A stretch of 59,096 bases of DNA, from assembly GCA_913009315.1 (NCBI GenBank), contig CAJVZA010000002.1, positions 1 to 59,096 of the forward strand, given 5' to 3'. The notes under the pieces are model-generated. The model had not been told where the DNA came from and did not search any database. It saw only the letters and a list, made by a program, of their open reading frames with translations. Every line of letters starts with the position of its first letter. Position 1 is the first letter of the stretch. Below are positions 55,102 to 59,096 of this stretch, one piece after another. The position numbers and the translations under genes are program-made. This stretch comes from an uncultured Hippea sp. (lineage in GTDB: Bacteria > Campylobacterota_A > Desulfurellia > JAADFJ01).

Positions 55102-56496
55102 CTATATAGCTTTATCTTTCAGATTTCTGACAAATGAAATAAAGGTTTCTATATCTTTTCTTCCGGTTGCTATTCCTACTGAGATTCTGGTTGCTCCTCT
55201 CATTTTATTTAGAAAGCTAATCATATCATGATAATCGCCGTTATCTCTGCTGGTGAAATAATTGGATAATTCTTCTGTTGTCAAACAATTATTTATTTCA
55301 TCGATTCCGGGGTTGCAGAAACAACCTGATCGAATTGAGATCAATTCGGCATTTGCTTTTTGTTCAATCTGCTCGAAAGGATAGAGGCTGCCGTTTTTAT
55401 CAAAGAAATTTACAATTACCGTTCCGCCGGTATTTTTTCTATCTTCGGGACCGAAAATTTTTACCACATTTACTTTCGAAGTATGCTTGATTTCCTTTAT
55501 CCTGGAAATCAGATAATTAATCAATCCGGTTATACGCTCGTTTATCTTTTCAATACCGATCGATTCAATATAATCCAGCCCTATTGTGACAGCTGGGATA
55601 TCTAAATAATTGATGGTGCCGTCTTCGAATCTTTCATGATTGTTTGCCAAATAATGATGTCTCGTTTGAACGGAAGCCAACGTAACTGTTCCTCCTGCAA
55701 ACCAGGGTTTGACAAGTTTGTTGAATTTTGATTTTTTGATCAAAAGACAGCCGACCCCCGTCGGATATCCGAATATTTTATAAAATGAGATAGAAACAAA
55801 ATCCGGTTTGATAATCGATAGATCAAGTTTTGAGGTTGGAACAAATGCTGCTGCATCCAGAAGCACATCCCACCCCAATTTCTGCGCCTTTTGTATCCAG
55901 TTTAAGTCATGCTTAACTCCCGACACATTGGATTGAGCAGGAAAAGCAAATAATTTGTTGGCATATTCCGATCTGTTTTTTAAAAGAGAATTTAATTTGT
56001 CGATATCGATACGAAGATCTTCATATTGAATCGGGCAGTATTCGAAGTAGCCGTTTTTGCCGGCGCAATATTCCCTTATTCCGTTTACTGAATTATGATT
56101 ATCAGTCAGCAGCAGCATAGCGCCTTTTTCATTAAACGGGTAACACTCTCCGATAATTTTTAAAGCGCCTGAGGCATTTTGAGTAAAAACGCAGAAGTAG
56201 TCATCAGCATTAAAAAAGTCAAGCACTTTCTTTCGGGAATCTTCAACTAATTTGGTAGATAATTGTGATGTAGGGTTCGTAGAGTGAGGATTTCCAAATA
56301 CATTTTCATTCAACAACTTATAATGCTTAGCCAATTGAGATTTAGCATATAAATTGCCGCCGGTGAAGTCCAGATAGGTATGTCCTTTTTCTATAACTCT
56401 GGCATATTCTTCTGCTATTAATTTATTAAAAAACTCATCATGAGGCAGTTCAGTTGAAGCAGTTCCGTTTATTTTTCTTTTTAAAGGTGTACTCAT
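55102..56496 (-). CDS. class V aminotransferase-fold PLP enzyme (NifS/Moco-sulfurase N-domain-like)
   Basis: 464 aa. YLDFTGGNLYAKSQL....L.ENVFGNPHS resembles the NifS-like domain of molybdenum cofactor sulfurases, and SFYKIFGYPTGVGCLL is the PLP-Lys region. No partner genes are nearby. Confidence 0.65.
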   Translation of the reverse strand: MSTPLKRKINGTASTELPHDEFFNKLIAEEYARVIEKGHTYLDFTGGNLYAKSQLAKHYKLLNENVFGNPHSTNPTSQLSTKLVEDSRKKVLDFFNADDYFCVFTQNASGALKIIGECYPFNEKGAMLLLTDNHNSVNGIREYCAGKNGYFEYCPIQYEDLRIDIDKLNSLLKNRSEYANKLFAFPAQSNVSGVKHDLNWIQKAQKLGWDVLLDAAAFVPTSKLDLSIIKPDFVSISFYKIFGYPTGVGCLLIKKSKFNKLVKPWFAGGTVTLASVQTRHHYLANNHERFEDGTINYLDIPAVTIGLDYIESIGIEKINERITGLINYLISRIKEIKHTSKVNVVKIFGPEDRKNTGGTVIVNFFDKNGSLYPFEQIEQKANAELISIRSGCFCNPGIDEINNCLTTEELSNYFTSRDNGDYHDMISFLNKMRGATRISVGIATGRKDIETFISFVRNLKDKAI

Positions 56497-56689
56497 ATTT
56501 TCTGAATATACCTGTAATCTGTCCTTTATTCAAGCAGATGAGTCACGAAACTGTGTCTTAATCGTAATTTTGAAATAGCGGTTTCATTTGTTTCTGTGAT
56601 ATTTTTTTTGAATTAGCCGAATTGCATTCAGTTGGTATTTTCCATATTACCGTTTCTTATTTTTTCGTACATCGCATATAATCAACCGG

Positions 56690-56752
56690 CACAGATATGA
56701 TACCTGTGATACACTAAAGAAGCTGAGATTGCTTCGCTGCGCTCGCAATGAC
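56690..56752 (-). repeat. partial family-2 MITE copy
   Basis: CAGATATGATACCTGTGATACACTAAAGAAGCTGAGATTGCTTCGCTGCGCTCGCAATGAC matches 57136-57196 and the reverse complement of 4196-4256. Confidence 0.8.
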
Positions 56753-57010
56753 GTTCTTCTCTTTGTTTTAGTCCGCGTTGGGAAATCTGCGTTAATAAAA
56801 CCGGTATATTATGCGTGAATAAAAAATAATGTTTGAGCAGAAAATTGGAAGAAACCATAGTTTCAAACATAATCTATATTTATTGAACAACTCTGCAATC
56901 AGGTAAAATGCGAGTTTTATTTTTTTAGTATAATATGCCTGTTTTTAGCATATTTCACACAGCGGTGATTTTTTGCTTACTTTTTAATCAATCAAAAAGT
57001 AAGAAAGAAT

Positions 57011-57234
57011 CTTCAAAGAATATAAAGCCCGAAGGGAAGCATACTGCCCTCAGAGTTACTCTTAATTTTCTATACGCTTCATCAGAAGATTTTCTTAACA
57101 TCTTTTCTCAAATGCGGAACAGAAGAAAAGAGAACACAGGCAGGATACCTGTGATACACTAAAGAAGCTGAGATTGCTTCGCTTCGCTCGCAATGACTTT
57201 TTCTTTCTGTCACTGCAAGGCCGAAGCAGTCTCA
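57011..57234 (-). repeat. ~220-nt repeat block: family-2 MITE part plus shared flank, inverted relative to 4104-4483
   Basis: The reverse complement of 57046-57196 is near-identical to 4196-4338. 57011-57047 matches 4459-4483 and skips the nested insertion. Confidence 0.85.
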
Positions 57235-57255
57235 TTGCAGTGTTCCATATTAAAG

Positions 57256-57721
57256 TCAAGCGGTTTTGCAGCTTTCCTTTGAAACATTGATACCGAAAAC
57301 CGGACATAAACTGTTCATTTCTTTGCTTCTCATAGATTTTGCAGTAAACTCTCTGCAGGTTATCATCGTGGAAATGCAGGCTTTTAAGCCTAATGTTCCA
57401 TTCAACCTTTGGAGAGCAGAAGATGGGAACAGCATTGCGACCGGTTTTCTGAAACCAATGACAGAAATGTTCTTATTCATCTTTTGCTACTTCATATCAA
57501 ATAACAGTTTGATTTTGGATTGTCAAAGCCGGATTACCTGATATGTCTAATATACGATGACAGTGGTGGCCTTTTTGTGAGAACTATATTTCTATATCTT
57601 CTCAATATTCTTCTTATCTGCCTATCTGTAATATTAAGCAGTCTTGCTACATCTTTAATCTTAATCTGTCCTGCATGCACTTCTTTAATAACCGACAATC
57701 TGTTAACCTTTTTTCACTCAT
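57256..57721 (-). pseudogene. decayed rve/DDE-type (IS481/ISNCY-like) transposase remnant
   Basis: The minus strand reads ATG AGT GAA AAA A.. then, after a 1-nt frame change in the A run, VNRLSVIKEVHAGQIKIKDVARLLNITDRQIRRILRRYR (a typical IS HTH). Downstream fragments in other frames read EHFCHWFQKTGRNAVPIF...LHFHDDNLQRVY (like ..HDWFE.RG......IDDATS). There are multiple stops, and it is truncated at the repeat block. Confidence 0.6.
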
Positions 57722-57965
57722 GAATATATCCCCACTTCTACTCCTCTCTCCTTTTTACCGGCAGATAAGAATCTGCCAATTGAGAAGAGTAATATAAAGA
57801 AGCTGGCATTGCAGCTCTGCGCATACAGAATGCAGCAACTGTCTTGACAAGCAGCATAACAATCATATATTAGTTAATATAGTTTACAATAAAGCATGTT
57901 GAAAAGTCACGCTGCAGGCAAAAGCTGATATTATTCTTTTTCATAAGATACAGCAAGTAAATATA

Positions 57966-58688
57966 ATGAAAGAAAAGAATTTAGAAAAATTCCTAAAAAA
58001 ATTAGACATTGCGTTTGTTTTTGTAGATAAGGAAATGAATCTTATCTATGCAAATCGTCATGCCATAAAAAGACTGTTTCATGATAAGCCCGGATTGTTT
58101 TATGGCAAAGACATTAGAATGATTCATAGCAAATACGCAAAAACTAAAATCAATCAAATTTATAAAAAATCAAATAAATGCCATTATAGCGATAGCGATT
58201 TACCATTTATTAAATTGATCAATGAAAAAGATAAGACCATTATGTATCTTGTAAAGATTGACAAAGCAATAGATAAAAGAAATGAATTTAGCGGATTTAT
58301 TCTATCCTTTTTTGACATTTCATCAGTTACAATTAACCATGTAACACAACAAATGGAAAAGATTCCGGTAATAGGCAAAAAGAATAGAATTGAACTTGTA
58401 GACATAAATAAGATTGTTTATATCCGTTCGGATAGAGGATGCAGTCTAATAAAAGATACGGAAAATAACTTATATAGAGTTAATCTGACGTTGAATAAAT
58501 TGGAAAACAGGCTTAGTTTAGACGGTTTTTTAAGAATTCACAGATGCTGTATTGTCGCACTAAAATATATAAAAAGTATAAAAAGGGTCAAAGACAATAC
58601 CTTTGCAGCGGAGCTTATTTTTAACCATGATTTGCTGCCGGTTAGCAGACGCCAGTATTACAAACTAAAAAAGATTTTTTCAGTTTAA
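57966..58688 (+). CDS. LytTR DNA-binding domain protein with an N-terminal PAS-like domain (no receiver domain)
   Basis: The C-terminal IELVDINKIVYIRSDRGCSLIKD....YRVNLTLNKLENRL....FLRIHRCCIV is LytTR. The N-terminal ~120 aa are PAS-like. Confidence 0.75.
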   Translation: MKEKNLEKFLKKLDIAFVFVDKEMNLIYANRHAIKRLFHDKPGLFYGKDIRMIHSKYAKTKINQIYKKSNKCHYSDSDLPFIKLINEKDKTIMYLVKIDKAIDKRNEFSGFILSFFDISSVTINHVTQQMEKIPVIGKKNRIELVDINKIVYIRSDRGCSLIKDTENNLYRVNLTLNKLENRLSLDGFLRIHRCCIVALKYIKSIKRVKDNTFAAELIFNHDLLPVSRRQYYKLKKIFSV

Positions 58689-58870
58689 TTTCCACTAAGA
58701 GCCAATATATTACCGCTTATCTTTCAAAACAGACAATTCAAGCCTCAAAATATACATTTCAATATTATTTATTGCTCTATTGACATCTCTTATATAATAA
58801 TTATATTTTATTTAAAGTATTGTAACCTAACTAAATCTTACGTAATTATTTAGGGGGGAAATGATTTAAA

Positions 58871-59096
58871 GTGTTCAGCCTAAAGAAAAAAACATCAATC
58901 ATGATAAGTTTTCTTGTATTATTCAATCTAATCACATGGATATTGTTTTTTGCAATTACCAAATTTGACCCTTCACTTTTAGGCTTGGGTGCATTGGCAT
59001 ATTTCTTCGGTTTAAGGCATGCATTCGATGCAGATCATATAGCTGCAATAGATAATGTAACAAGAAAACTGAGGCAGGATAATCAGAAACCTGTTA
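58871..59096 (+). CDS. NiCoT-family nickel/cobalt transporter (HoxN/NixA-like); N-terminal part, continues off the window
   Basis: GLRHAFDADHIAAIDN is the NiCoT signature in TM2. The candidate start is the GTG at 58871 and the frame is open to the window end. Confidence 0.75.
   Translation, partial: MFSLKKKTSIMISFLVLFNLITWILFFAITKFDPSLLGLGALAYFFGLRHAFDADHIAAIDNVTRKLRQDNQKPV

Overview
AT-rich bacterial chromosome segment from a diderm organism: LPS genes kdsB, hldE-like kinase and lptF/G, plus murJ, Tat export and type IV pilus genes. I cannot assign a taxon from the sequence alone. About 50 kb (5.6-55 kb) is ordinary, tightly packed housekeeping DNA. It includes lepA-lepB, queC, murJ, pilD-tatC-tatA, miaA-recO-folP-ftsH-topA-dprA, and a 25 kb run of same-strand genes from glnD to pilBTC. 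The two ends are accessory. The left end (1-5.6 kb) has a PilY1-like gene fragment, a same-strand island of four toxin-antitoxin-type modules plus a Uma2 nuclease gene, and a 1.8 kb gene-free stretch of nested MITE-like repeats. The right end (55-59 kb), next to tRNA-Thr, has an orphan class V aminotransferase, more copies of the same repeats, a decayed rve-type transposase, a PAS-LytTR regulator and a partial NiCoT transporter. I found no CRISPR array, rRNA or recognisable known riboswitch, and no clear novel multi-gene protein system. The signals I consider most worth follow-up are four. (1) A conserved 30-60 nt repeat sits at each junction of the TA cassettes. (2) A dispersed TIR family (TAATGAGACCACTGCGCAATAAGC) has 8 copies, one filling the whole queC leader. 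(3) A nested MITE insertion has its empty site preserved in a second copy inside this window. (4) Conserved genes (lptF/G, aroE, possibly an MNT gene) have N-termini lying upstream of any ATG/GTG/TTG, with ATA codons positioned like start codons.
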